Assembly: GCA_964650485.1 (NCBI GenBank)
Contig: CAZYTX010000003.1
Location: 57,114-121,113, forward strand
DNA length: 64,000 nt
Direction: 5' to 3'
Source: an uncultured bacterium
GTDB taxonomy: Bacteria > RBG-13-61-14 > DATKZS01
Positions 9,441-18,328 of this stretch are shown here, one piece after another. The notes beneath the pieces were generated by a model. The model saw only the letters and a list, made by a program, of their open reading frames with translations, did not search any database and was not told the DNA's origin. Positions within the stretch are counted from its first letter, which is position 1; every line of letters begins with the position of its first letter. Both the position numbers and the translations under genes were made by a program.

Positions 9441-10082
9441 GTGTACATAGGTATTTACGGCGGCACCTTCAACCCCATACACTTCGGTCACCTGCGCGCG
9501 GCAGAGGAGGTTTGCGAGGCGTTCAAGCAAACGCACGTGATATTCGTCCCCTCTGCAAACCCGCCTCACAAGGACAAGCAGGACCTGGTGGACCCCAACC
9601 ACAGGCTGAAGATGGTCAACCTGGCGGTGACCGGAAACCCCAGGTTCCAGGCCTCGGAGATAGAGATACAAAGAAGGGGGAAATCATACTCAATAGACAC
9701 AGTAAGGGCCCTGAAGCAATCCAACCCGGACGACGACTTCGCATTCATTATGGGCCTGGACGCCTTCCTCGAAATCGAGACCTGGCACAAGTACGACGAG
9801 CTTTTCCCCGAGTGCGACTTTATAGTCACCACCAGGCCGGGGTCCACCAGCCGGAGCTGCAACCAGGCCATTCCCGAGGCGGTGCGCGAGTCCTTCAAAC
9901 GGAAGAAGGGAACAAGGGAGTTCGAGCATTCCTCCGGCCGAAAGCTCTTCTTTGCGGAAGTGACCCTGATAGACGTCTCCGCAAGCTCCATAAGGGACAA
10001 GGTGCGAAAGGGCGAGTCCATACGCTACCTCATTCCGCGCAGGGTGATGGAGTATATCCACGAGCACGAGCTCTACAAGTGA
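9441..10082 (+). CDS. nadD: Nicotinate-nucleotide adenylyltransferase
   Basis: MYIGIYGGTFNPIHFGHL (HxGH nucleotidyltransferase motif); conserved proA-nadD-rsfS gene order. Confidence 0.9.
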   Translation: MYIGIYGGTFNPIHFGHLRAAEEVCEAFKQTHVIFVPSANPPHKDKQDLVDPNHRLKMVNLAVTGNPRFQASEIEIQRRGKSYSIDTVRALKQSNPDDDFAFIMGLDAFLEIETWHKYDELFPECDFIVTTRPGSTSRSCNQAIPEAVRESFKRKKGTREFEHSSGRKLFFAEVTLIDVSASSIRDKVRKGESIRYLIPRRVMEYIHEHELYK

Positions 10083-10098
10083 GGGCGCTGAAAACCTG

Positions 10099-10488
10099 AT
10101 GAGTGGGTCTCCCGGAGGCGGTCGGAGCAAAGGCAAGAAGCCCTCACCCGAGCAGATGGCCAGGCTGGCTGCAGGGGCGGCCCGCGATTCCAAGGCCATT
10201 GACGTGGTGGCCATCGATGTCTCCGGGCTCCTGGACTACACTGATTACCTGATCATATCATCGGGAAGGAGCACCAGGCAGACACAGGCCATAGCGGACA
10301 ACGTGCTCCGGGCAATAGCGTCCACCGGAAAGAAGGCCGCGGGGGTCGAGGGAGAGAAACAGGGCAACTGGATACTGATTGACTGGGGGCAGGTGATAAT
10401 ACACGTGTTCCACCAGCCGGTGCGCGAGTTCTACGAGCTGGAGAAGCTGTGGGGGGACGCAAAAAGACTTGCCCTGCCGGACGACTGA
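10099..10488 (+). CDS. rsfS: Ribosomal silencing factor RsfS (Iojap family)
   Basis: DVVAIDVSGLLDYTDYLIISSGRSTRQTQAIADNV...WILIDWGQVIIHVF; positioned after nadD. Confidence 0.85.
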   Translation: MSGSPGGGRSKGKKPSPEQMARLAAGAARDSKAIDVVAIDVSGLLDYTDYLIISSGRSTRQTQAIADNVLRAIASTGKKAAGVEGEKQGNWILIDWGQVIIHVFHQPVREFYELEKLWGDAKRLALPDD

Positions 10489-10562
10489 CAGGGCCTATAG
10501 ATAGACATCAATATTGTAATCAGGTCTTGGATCCGACTAAACCTGGAAACAATGGCCCGGGC

Positions 10563-10817
10563 TTACACGGGCTCCACGTGCACCCTGGTCTTTTTCCTGC
10601 CCATGCGCTCGTAGAGCACCTTGCCGGCGACTTTGGCAAAAAGGGTGAAGTCCTTGCCCATGCCCACGTTTCGGCCCGGATGCACCCTGGTACCGAGCTG
10701 CCTAACCAAAATGTTGCCCGAGGCCACCACCTGGCCCCCGAACCTCTTCACTCCGCGCCTCTGGCCCGCGGTGTCCCTGCCGTTCCTGGAGCTTCCGCCC
10801 GATTTCTTGTGCGCCAT
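10563..10817 (-). CDS. rpmA: 50S ribosomal protein L27
   Basis: [31 protein letters not shown]... Confidence 0.95.
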   Translation of the reverse strand: MAHKKSGGSSRNGRDTAGQRRGVKRFGGQVVASGNILVRQLGTRVHPGRNVGMGKDFTLFAKVAGKVLYERMGRKKTRVHVEPV

Positions 10818-10820
10818 GCC

Positions 10821-11276
10821 TTAATCCTCCTCGCTCCCGGGCTGCGAGCCCTGCTCGGTCTCTTCCTCTTCCGCCAGGGCCTCCTCTTCCGGCCCGGGGC
10901 CTTTTGCCTCTTGCTCCACGCCTGTCCCCGGCTCCGCACTGGTTGACCCCGCCCCCTGCTCGTCCCCGAAAAGGACCTCGTCAATCTCCACCAGGGTGTA
11001 GCCCTGCCGGTGCCCCTGCTTCTTCCTGTAATCCTTGCGGCGCTTCATCTTGTACACCACAACCTTGTTGCCGCGGCCGTGGGACAAAACAGTGCCCGTG
11101 ACCCTGGCGTTCTCCACCACGGGTGTGCCCAGCTTGACCCCGGAGTCGTCTCTAACCAGCCGCACGTCATCGAACTCCACCCGGGAGCCCTCCGGGGCGG
11201 ACACCTTCTCCACCTTCAGCTTGTCGCCGGGCGAGACCCGGTGCTGCTTACCCCCGCTCTTTATTACCGCGTACAT
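10821..11276 (-). CDS. rplU: 50S ribosomal protein L21 with acidic C-terminal extension
   Basis: MYAVIKSGGKQHRVSPGDKLKVEK...GHRQGYTLVEIDEV, followed by a roughly 45-aa Glu/Asp-rich tail. Confidence 0.9.
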   Translation of the reverse strand: MYAVIKSGGKQHRVSPGDKLKVEKVSAPEGSRVEFDDVRLVRDDSGVKLGTPVVENARVTGTVLSHGRGNKVVVYKMKRRKDYRKKQGHRQGYTLVEIDEVLFGDEQGAGSTSAEPGTGVEQEAKGPGPEEEALAEEEETEQGSQPGSEED

Positions 11277-11542
11277 GAAAACCCTCCCAGGGAACGCATC
11301 AAATCAAGCTCCGGGCCACAGAGCCCGGAGCCGTAATGCAGACAAAAGACAAGATTAATATTAGTCCATGGGAGCGCACATGTCAATATGTAAAGCTTGG
11401 CATTTCAAGCTTGGCATGGCACTGGCGGGCACAAAAGGTTCAATCATACCCGCTCGCAGCTTTATGGCAACAACAAGGCTATTTTGCTATCATCTCTTGT
11501 AAAGCAGTTGTTAAAAGCCCGGGCAAAAGGGAGGTATAAGTC

Positions 11543-11734
11543 ATGTGCGAGTCCAACGCTTACCTGGTAAAAGAAGATAACGAGGAGCTGTTCTTGAAGG
11601 ACGTGGTAAGGATAGTCCCGAGCGAGGACGGCAAGCTCCTGGTCGAGAACCTGCTCGGAGACCAGCGCGAGTTCCAGGGCAGGATCAAGGAGATCGACTT
11701 CACCGGCCACAAGATACTCCTGGAGCAAGACTGA
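11543..11734 (+). CDS. cooT: CooT-family small nickel-binding protein
   Basis: 63 aa beginning MCESNAYLVKEDNEELFLKDVVRI, the CooT signature with Cys2; AGGGAGG RBS. Confidence 0.6.
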   Translation: MCESNAYLVKEDNEELFLKDVVRIVPSEDGKLLVENLLGDQREFQGRIKEIDFTGHKILLEQD

Positions 11735-11974
11735 GCCGCGCCGCTCTATCGCCCTCACCTTATGCCCAGCACCACGGCTGTCCCATTAACTTTAGAACAA
11801 CAGCTAAAAGGCTAACTCCTGGAGATTCTTCCCGCCGCCGTACTACCAAGGCATGCAATGCGCATGCAATGCGCTCTTGGCCTCCTGGTGTTCCTCGTGT
11901 TTTTTGGCGTCCTCCTCTTCCCTGGCGGCTTGGCGTTCCTGCATTCCTTGGAATAATCTGTTAAGATCAAAAAG

Positions 11975-13048
11975 ATGCCGAAGCCCGTTCCAGACGACTT
12001 CCGCCCGAAAAACGTACTGGTGATCCAGCTCCGGCAGATCGGCGACGTGATCCTGAGCACGCCGGCCCTGCGCGCCTTGCGCAAGCGCTTCCCTGAAGCA
12101 GGCATATCATACCTAGCCGAGCCCCTACCTGCGGAGGTGCTGGAGCTAAACAATAACATTGACCGTCTGATAATTCGCGAGCCGGGCGGCGGTCCCTTCG
12201 AAGCTTTGCATACCATCAAAAGGGTGCGGGATGCGAAGTTCGACCTGGTGATTGACTTCCTCTCAAACCCGAGGTCAACGCTCATCGCCATGCTCTCGGG
12301 CGCCAAGGTGACCATAGGCCACACACGGAACTTGCGGAGGCTGTGCTACACCCGCGCGGTGGAGCTTGAAGGAACCTTCCCGGGCGAGCACAAGCTCTCC
12401 GTGCTGCGGTCACTGGGGTGCGATCCCGAGCCCATGGACCTGGACCTGCCGGTGCCGGACCATGCCCGGCAGAGCATGGTGAAGTGGTTCGAGGAGGCCG
12501 GGCTTTCCGGCTCGCCAAGGCCCGTGGTCTGCGTGGCCCCCTTTCACAAGAGGCCGGTGCGCCAGTACCCGGCCGAGGGTTTCCTTGATATCATCGAGCT
12601 TTTGAAGAACAAATGGGGAGCCACCATAATCCTTTGCCGGGAGCCTGGCAGGGAGGCCGAGGCAGGTGAGCTGGCTTCCCGCTCGAAAGTGCCGGTCACG
12701 CTCGGCCCTCGCACCACCCTGCACCAGGCCGCGGCACTGTATGGGCTCTGCGACCTGTGGATCGGGAACGAGGGCGGGGCCAGGCACATCGCGGCCAGCC
12801 AAGGCGCGCCCACATTCGCCATCCTGGGGCCGAGCAGCGACCAGTGGACCCCTCCGGGGCAGATGCACGTGAGCAGGGGCAAGCCCGGCCTCGAGTGCAG
12901 GCCCTGCCTTGCGCGACACTGCCCGGAAAAGCATCATAAGTGTATGAGGGAGTTCGAGCCCAAAGAGGTCTTCCAAATGATCGAGGAGTTCTGGCAAGGC
13001 ATTGGCGAGCAATGGGAGACGGACAACAAAAGCGAGTGCTCCTCGTAA
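11975..13048 (+). CDS. Glycosyltransferase family 9 (ADP-heptose:LPS heptosyltransferase-like)
   Basis: NVLVIQLRQIGDVILSTPALRALRKRFPEA...GLCDLWIGNEGGARHIAASQGAPTFAILGP, the GT9 fold. Confidence 0.8.
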   Translation: MPKPVPDDFRPKNVLVIQLRQIGDVILSTPALRALRKRFPEAGISYLAEPLPAEVLELNNNIDRLIIREPGGGPFEALHTIKRVRDAKFDLVIDFLSNPRSTLIAMLSGAKVTIGHTRNLRRLCYTRAVELEGTFPGEHKLSVLRSLGCDPEPMDLDLPVPDHARQSMVKWFEEAGLSGSPRPVVCVAPFHKRPVRQYPAEGFLDIIELLKNKWGATIILCREPGREAEAGELASRSKVPVTLGPRTTLHQAAALYGLCDLWIGNEGGARHIAASQGAPTFAILGPSSDQWTPPGQMHVSRGKPGLECRPCLARHCPEKHHKCMREFEPKEVFQMIEEFWQGIGEQWETDNKSECSS

Positions 13049-14091
13049 GGATCGGGAGCATAGGTAACGCCCTGGTGTCGGTGCCGGCCATAAGGGCTCT
13101 GCGCAGGGCCTGGCCTCAGGCACATATATCCATGGTGGCAAACCCGCTGGTGGTGGAGCTTCTTTCCAGGTGCCCCTACCTTGACGAGCTTATCAGCTAT
13201 GACAACACCGGTCCCGAGAAGGCGGGGCCGGGATACGCGCGCTTCATCCTGGGGCTGAGGAGGAGGCGCTTCACCCACGCGGTCCATTTCAGGCGCTACC
13301 TCAGGAGCGAGCTCATGGGGTTCCTGTCCGGGGCGCCCGTGAGGGTCGGGTTTGCAACCGAGGCCCGAGTCCAGCTTGTAAACCGCAAGGTCGAGTACTT
13401 GGAAGGCGAGAGCGTGATCGAGCAGAACCTGAAGCTGGTGCGCGCCCTGGGCGTGGACGCCCAAGACCGGTCCCTGGAGTACTGGCCCTCAGAGGGATCA
13501 GAGGCCGTGCAAAAGCTGATCGCAAAGACTGGGATAGATGGTCCCCTGGTGGTGATGCATCCCGGGGGCATGACCTTCGGGGAAAGGCTGTGGGACGGTT
13601 ACGGGGAGCTGATCGCTATTATACGCATAAGCATGGGGGCCAGGGTGGTGATAATTGGGGGGCCGGCCGAGCGCGAGGTGGTGCAAAAAGCAGCGGAGTC
13701 GGTGCGCCCCCATGCGGTGTTTGACGCGGATCTATCGTTGGCGGAGCACGCAGAGCTTATAATGAGGGCGGACCTTTTCGCCGGCCAGAACTCGGCTCCT
13801 GCTCACTTGGCAAAGTCTGTGGGGACTCCGGGGGCGGTTGTTTACGCCCCTCAGTTAAACGTCCAGGGAGAGGTCAACAAGTGGAAGCCGGAGGGCTGCT
13901 CGTATCTTGCTTTTACTCCCGGCCTGGACTGCTTAGCTTGTTCCATGTATCCTTGTGACCCTGAAAGCATAAAGAGATGCGCAAACTCGATCCCGCCTGG
14001 AAAAGTTGCGGAGGCATTGGAAAAGCTCTACGAGGAGGAGAAGAAAAATAAACTGGAAAAAGGAGGAAGTCATGGCGGAGACCCTGGGTAG
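13012..14091 (+). CDS. Glycosyltransferase family 9 (second heptosyltransferase-like)
   Basis: RVLLVRIGSIGNALVSVPAIRALRRAWPQAHISMVANP...; start at ATG 13012, overlapping the upstream GT9 by 37 nt. Confidence 0.75.
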   Translation: MGDGQQKRVLLVRIGSIGNALVSVPAIRALRRAWPQAHISMVANPLVVELLSRCPYLDELISYDNTGPEKAGPGYARFILGLRRRRFTHAVHFRRYLRSELMGFLSGAPVRVGFATEARVQLVNRKVEYLEGESVIEQNLKLVRALGVDAQDRSLEYWPSEGSEAVQKLIAKTGIDGPLVVMHPGGMTFGERLWDGYGELIAIIRISMGARVVIIGGPAEREVVQKAAESVRPHAVFDADLSLAEHAELIMRADLFAGQNSAPAHLAKSVGTPGAVVYAPQLNVQGEVNKWKPEGCSYLAFTPGLDCLACSMYPCDPESIKRCANSIPPGKVAEALEKLYEEEKKNKLEKGGSHGGDPG

Positions 14092-14458
14092 TCTTATTGA
14101 TAAGCTGACCATTGCAAACGTGCGCCTCTGGCATCTGGAGGACGTGAGGAGGGACCGGGCCCTGCCTGACAAGGACAGGCTGGCTGCAGCGGACGCTATC
14201 GCAGAGGTCAACCAGCAGAGGAATAACCTCATAGACGAGATAGACGGGTTCCTGTACAAAGCCGCCCACGGGCAGGTAAAGCTCAAGGCCCCCAAGATGA
14301 AAATGTATAAAAAGTTCAAGCTGGAGCCGAAACAGGAAAAGCGGGCGGATGAGTTGTCCAGGAAAACCGGGGCGAAAAAGTCCGCAAAAGAGAAGGGAGC
14401 AAAAAAACCCGGGTCCGCAAGGTCCGGCAAAAGGAAAAGCTCTACCAGGAAAAAGTAA
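14072..14458 (+). CDS. Hypothetical protein with Lys-rich C-terminal tail (possible DUF4254-like, linked to heptosyltransferase genes)
   Basis: MAETLGSLIDKLTIANVRLWHLEDVRRDR...NQQRNNLIDEIDGF, then a KKxK-rich tail; GGAGG RBS. The family assignment is from memory and is uncertain. Confidence 0.5.
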   Translation: MAETLGSLIDKLTIANVRLWHLEDVRRDRALPDKDRLAAADAIAEVNQQRNNLIDEIDGFLYKAAHGQVKLKAPKMKMYKKFKLEPKQEKRADELSRKTGAKKSAKEKGAKKPGSARSGKRKSSTRKK

Positions 14459-14480
14459 CATTTCGAAACCCTGCAAATGT

Positions 14481-14508
14481 TTGACCTCTAAAAGCTCGCG
14501 GATATAAT
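14481..14508 (+). promoter_or_regulatory. Near-consensus sigma70 promoter (TTGACC-N16-TATAAT)
   Basis: TTGACC at 14481-14486, a 16-nt spacer and TATAAT at 14503-14508, about 37 nt upstream of the GTG start of the secreted protein gene. Confidence 0.4.
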
Positions 14509-14544
14509 AGGTCGAAGGGTATTGATGGTTAAAGGAGCAAAAAG

Positions 14545-15237
14545 GTGAGCCCAAAAGCACGGATGGCGGCCAGGGCCGCGGTAGTGGCGGTGTTGCTGCC
14601 CGTGTTTGCGGTCAGCGTGGCGCTGCACGCCCGGTCCGGCGCCGGGGATGTCATAACCCCCAAGGAAAAGTACTCTGATCCTGCATGGTCGAAAAAGGCG
14701 GACAAGTACAATAAGAACCTGGAGCGGACAAAGAGCGGCGTGGAGAAGAAGTACGATCCATCCAAGGTGCATTTTCTCACCACCCAGGAGTCCGCGGTGG
14801 GAGGAGTGGGCTTGTGGGGGAACCCGTCCGAGTTCGGGGACCCCAGCCGGTACCTGGGGGTCTTCGCCAGGGTAAGGCTGCCCGACCCCTCCACCGGTAG
14901 GCCCTTCCCGGACACCGAGACCGGCAGGATCATGACCGTGATTGACGCCTATGGAAAGCACGCCATAAGCGTCATGGCCGCTGAGCTCGAGAAGATGCAG
15001 GACCCGGGCATTGCCGGCGCGGCCATGATACTCATCTACACCAGGAAGCCGGTCACCGACCCGGCCTTTGAAAGCCAGGCCGAGGCTTTGGCGCTCTTCA
15101 TGCCCAAGGACGCGGTCATACGCTTCGCCCAGCTCCGCATGACCGTGCAGTCGCTTTTCTCAAAGAGCCAGATGCTCCCGGTCATGAAGGGCAGCGAGCA
15201 GATAAAGAACCTCAGACTCTACATAATCCAGCCTTGA
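14545..15237 (+). CDS. Secreted hypothetical protein (signal peptide)
   Basis: MSPKARMAARAAVVAVLLPVFAVSVALHA signal peptide with AGGAG RBS. I recognise no family. Confidence 0.55.
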   Translation: MSPKARMAARAAVVAVLLPVFAVSVALHARSGAGDVITPKEKYSDPAWSKKADKYNKNLERTKSGVEKKYDPSKVHFLTTQESAVGGVGLWGNPSEFGDPSRYLGVFARVRLPDPSTGRPFPDTETGRIMTVIDAYGKHAISVMAAELEKMQDPGIAGAAMILIYTRKPVTDPAFESQAEALALFMPKDAVIRFAQLRMTVQSLFSKSQMLPVMKGSEQIKNLRLYIIQP

Positions 15238-15412
15238 TCCTGCACAAAATAATACTCTTATATCACACAGAGGCACTGAGGGCACAGAGGAAGACGAAGA
15301 AAAGACCTGTTTTTACCTGGCTGAACAAACAATCAGAGGAATGCATGTTGTCTCTGGAAGCAGAAATTCTCTAAATCTCTGTCTTCTCTGTGTCTCTGTG
15401 CGAAAAATTCTT

Positions 15413-16033
15413 TTATTCTTCCCCGCCCTTCGAGCCTACGGGCTTCTCCTCGCCCGCCCGGAGCCTGCGTATGTTGTCCCGGTGTGCGAAGACCACTATG
15501 CCCGAGATCACAAAAGCGGAAGCGGTCAGGTAGACAACGTGCACGTGTCCCCAGGACACCGCCAGGGTTGCCACGGGCAGGACCGCTGCTGCCGAGAGGC
15601 TCGCCAGGCTGACGAGCTTTTTCCAGGCCACCACCCCGGCCCAGGCAAGAAGCGCAACCAGGGCCGCTCCCGGCGACAGCCCTATCATGACGCCGAAAGC
15701 CGTGGCCACCCCCTTGCCGCCTTTGAAACCGAGCCAGGGGTTGTACACGTGGCCAAGCACCGCCAGCACCCCGGCCGCGCAAAACCCGGCCGCATGCAAC
15801 TGCAGGCCCCGGGCGATCAGCGCCGTGACCAGGCCCTTGCCCATGTCGGCAAGGAACACCGCGGCGCCCCACTTCCAGCCAAACACACGGTACACGTTGG
15901 TGGCGCCGATGTTCTTGGAGCCCACGGTGCGGAGGTCTACGTCGGACAAGCTTCTTGCGACCAGGAGACCGGAAGGGATGCTGCCCAGAAGATATGCGGC
16001 CAGGAAAGCCAACACCAGCGCGCTTATGCTCAT
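15413..16033 (-). CDS. plsY: Glycerol-3-phosphate acyltransferase PlsY
   Basis: GSKNIGATNVYRVFGWKWGAAVFLADMGKG...GHVYNPWLGFKGGKGVATAFG. Confidence 0.9.
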   Translation of the reverse strand: MSISALVLAFLAAYLLGSIPSGLLVARSLSDVDLRTVGSKNIGATNVYRVFGWKWGAAVFLADMGKGLVTALIARGLQLHAAGFCAAGVLAVLGHVYNPWLGFKGGKGVATAFGVMIGLSPGAALVALLAWAGVVAWKKLVSLASLSAAAVLPVATLAVSWGHVHVVYLTASAFVISGIVVFAHRDNIRRLRAGEEKPVGSKGGEE

Positions 16034-16163
16034 GCCTGAATGATAATACCGTAGCGGCCATGTGGCAACACAGAACTGTAAAAGTATCCTGGGTTATGAA
16101 AAAAGCATTGAAGGTTATAGAATAATAACAAGCACGCAGCATTTTTTATAGGAGAAGATACCC

Positions 16164-17570
16164 ATGCAAGACAGTGGCCGGACCAGACGAGAGTTTATGA
16201 GGGCTCTCGCCGCGGGCTCACTTGCGCTCGCCTCGGCAGGTGCACGCGGCTCATACGCGCCGGAGAAGAAGCCAAACATAATCTACATACTGCTCGACGA
16301 CGCAGGCTACGGCGACCTTAGCTGCTACGGCCAGGACAGGTTCGAAACGCCGAACATTGACCGCCTGGCCGGTGAAGGCATACGCTTCGAAAGCCACTAC
16401 GCAGGCAGCGCCGTGTGCGCCCCCTCCAGGTGCTCTCTCATGACCGGCTATCACACCGGCCATGCAACCATTCGCGGCAACCGCAGCATGGAGCCGGAGG
16501 GACAGATGCCCCTGCCCGCGGATGCCGTCACCTTGCCTCGGCTGCTGAAAAAAGCGGGGTACAAAAACGGCATGTTCGGAAAATGGGGCTTGGGCCCGCC
16601 GGGGTCGTCCGGTGACCCCATGGACCAGGGGTTCGACAAATTCTTCGGGTATAACTGCCAGAGCCTGGCCCACAACTACTATCCCGAGTATCTCTGGCAT
16701 AACCGCGACAAGGTCATGCTCCACAAGGAGGCCTACTCCCATGACCTCATCATGGAAAAGGCGCTCGAGTTCATAAGGCAGAGCAGCAAAGGCCCGTTCT
16801 TCTGCTACCTGCCGGTGACCATACCGCACGCCTCATTGCACGTGCCCGAGGAGTCGGCCAGGCCCTTCAGGAAGAAGTTCTGGATGTTCGAGCCGGTGCC
16901 AGGGTTCTACGCCGGCCCGGTGATCATGAACCCGGCCGCGTGCTTTGCCGGAATGATGACCAGGCTGGACTCCCAGGTGGGAGAGCTCATGGCGCTTCTT
17001 AAGGAACTCGGCATCGAGGAGGACACCCTGGTCATGCTGACCTCTGACAACGGTCCGCACGCTGAAGGCGGGGCAGTGCCCTGGTTCTTTGACAGCAACG
17101 GGCCGTTCAGGGGCATCAAGAGAGACCTCTACGAGGGCGGCATACGTGTTCCTATGATGGCCAGGTGGCCCGGTGTCATAAAACCGGGCACGGTCACGGG
17201 CCACGTGTCAGCTTTCTGGGACGTGCTCCCCACACTGTGCGATGTTTCAGGGATCAAGGCGCCGGAGGGAACTGACGGCATATCAATGCTTCCCGCGCTG
17301 CTGGGGAGAGAGGAGGGCCAAGAGCAGCACGAGCTTCTATACTGGGAGCTCTCCGAGCTTGGCGGCAGGCAGGCGGTGCGCTCGGGCAAGTGGAAGGCGG
17401 TGCGCTACTTGGTGTCCGTAAACCCTCGCGCCCGGCTCAAGCTCTTTGACCTGGAAAAGGACCCCGAAGAGAAGCACGACCTGGCGGCAAGTTTCCCGGA
17501 TGTGGCCCGCCACATGGAAGGGCTGCTCGCATCCGCACGCACCCCATCGAAGCAGTTCCCGTTATTCTGA
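16164..17570 (+). CDS. Sulfatase (Cys-type, Tat-exported)
   Basis: Tat-like RTRREFMRALAAGS; IIYILLDDAGYGDLSCYG...SAVCAPSRCSLMTGYHTGH (C-x-P-x-R formylglycine motif). Confidence 0.85.
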   Translation: MQDSGRTRREFMRALAAGSLALASAGARGSYAPEKKPNIIYILLDDAGYGDLSCYGQDRFETPNIDRLAGEGIRFESHYAGSAVCAPSRCSLMTGYHTGHATIRGNRSMEPEGQMPLPADAVTLPRLLKKAGYKNGMFGKWGLGPPGSSGDPMDQGFDKFFGYNCQSLAHNYYPEYLWHNRDKVMLHKEAYSHDLIMEKALEFIRQSSKGPFFCYLPVTIPHASLHVPEESARPFRKKFWMFEPVPGFYAGPVIMNPAACFAGMMTRLDSQVGELMALLKELGIEEDTLVMLTSDNGPHAEGGAVPWFFDSNGPFRGIKRDLYEGGIRVPMMARWPGVIKPGTVTGHVSAFWDVLPTLCDVSGIKAPEGTDGISMLPALLGREEGQEQHELLYWELSELGGRQAVRSGKWKAVRYLVSVNPRARLKLFDLEKDPEEKHDLAASFPDVARHMEGLLASARTPSKQFPLF

Positions 17571-17647
17571 AAACCGAAAAGTGCGACGGTTACTGGCTTT
17601 TTCTTGATCATGATCCCGGCTTTCAGGGTATCAGGGCGAAGAAGGGC

Positions 17648-18199
17648 TCAATCTTTCCAGGTGACCTTGATTATGCAGGCCTCCCTGCCGTCGCGCTCAT
17701 CCTCGATGAACTCGGCGCGTGCGTCCTTGCCCCCGTTCAGCTCCACCAGCTTCTCCATGGTCCCGGCCTGTATCTCGCGGAACAGGTCCCAGGCAGGGGC
17801 GTCGTCCACGGGGTGGAAGATCAGCTCGGCAAAGCCCGGCCCGAAGCCGGCCGTCTCGATTTCGAGATCGTCCACGTACTTCTTGGCCACCCATGCAAAT
17901 GCCTTGATGGATGCCACCGGGTCGCCCTTTAAGAGGAACTGCCTGGTGCCTGGGTAGAGGATCTCGTCCACTCGAGTGCGGCCGTGCAAGCGGACGGACT
18001 CATAGCTCTCCAGGGAGCGCATCTTGAATAATCCCTGGCCAATGTGGGCCATGGTCTCCACCGGGTACCACGCGGTAGGGATGATTACGCCCCGCACGAT
18101 CTCCCAGTCCTCTTCGGTGAGATACTTGTCCCACTCGAGATCAGGGGTGTCGTGCACTATTTTTACGTAATCTTTAAGGAAGTTTCCCTTGATCTTCAA
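17648..18199 (-). CDS. Hypothetical cytoplasmic protein between the two sulfatase genes
   Basis: 183-aa ORF with good coding character. I recognise no family with confidence. Confidence 0.5.
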   Translation of the reverse strand: MKIKGNFLKDYVKIVHDTPDLEWDKYLTEEDWEIVRGVIIPTAWYPVETMAHIGQGLFKMRSLESYESVRLHGRTRVDEILYPGTRQFLLKGDPVASIKAFAWVAKKYVDDLEIETAGFGPGFAELIFHPVDDAPAWDLFREIQAGTMEKLVELNGGKDARAEFIEDERDGREACIIKVTWKD

Positions 18200-18328
18200 G
18201 AGGGACCTCTGTAGCTTTTATTATCATGAAATAATGGCAGGAGCAAACATCTGATAACCCTGACCGCTGCTAGAATAAAGGCTGTTTGACATCGCGCTCC
18301 TCGAAGATATAATTTCCGGCTGAGGGCC

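Noticed and set aside
8076-9671. 531-aa - strand ORF
   Set aside because: It is antisense to proA/nadD and is a high-GC frame artefact.
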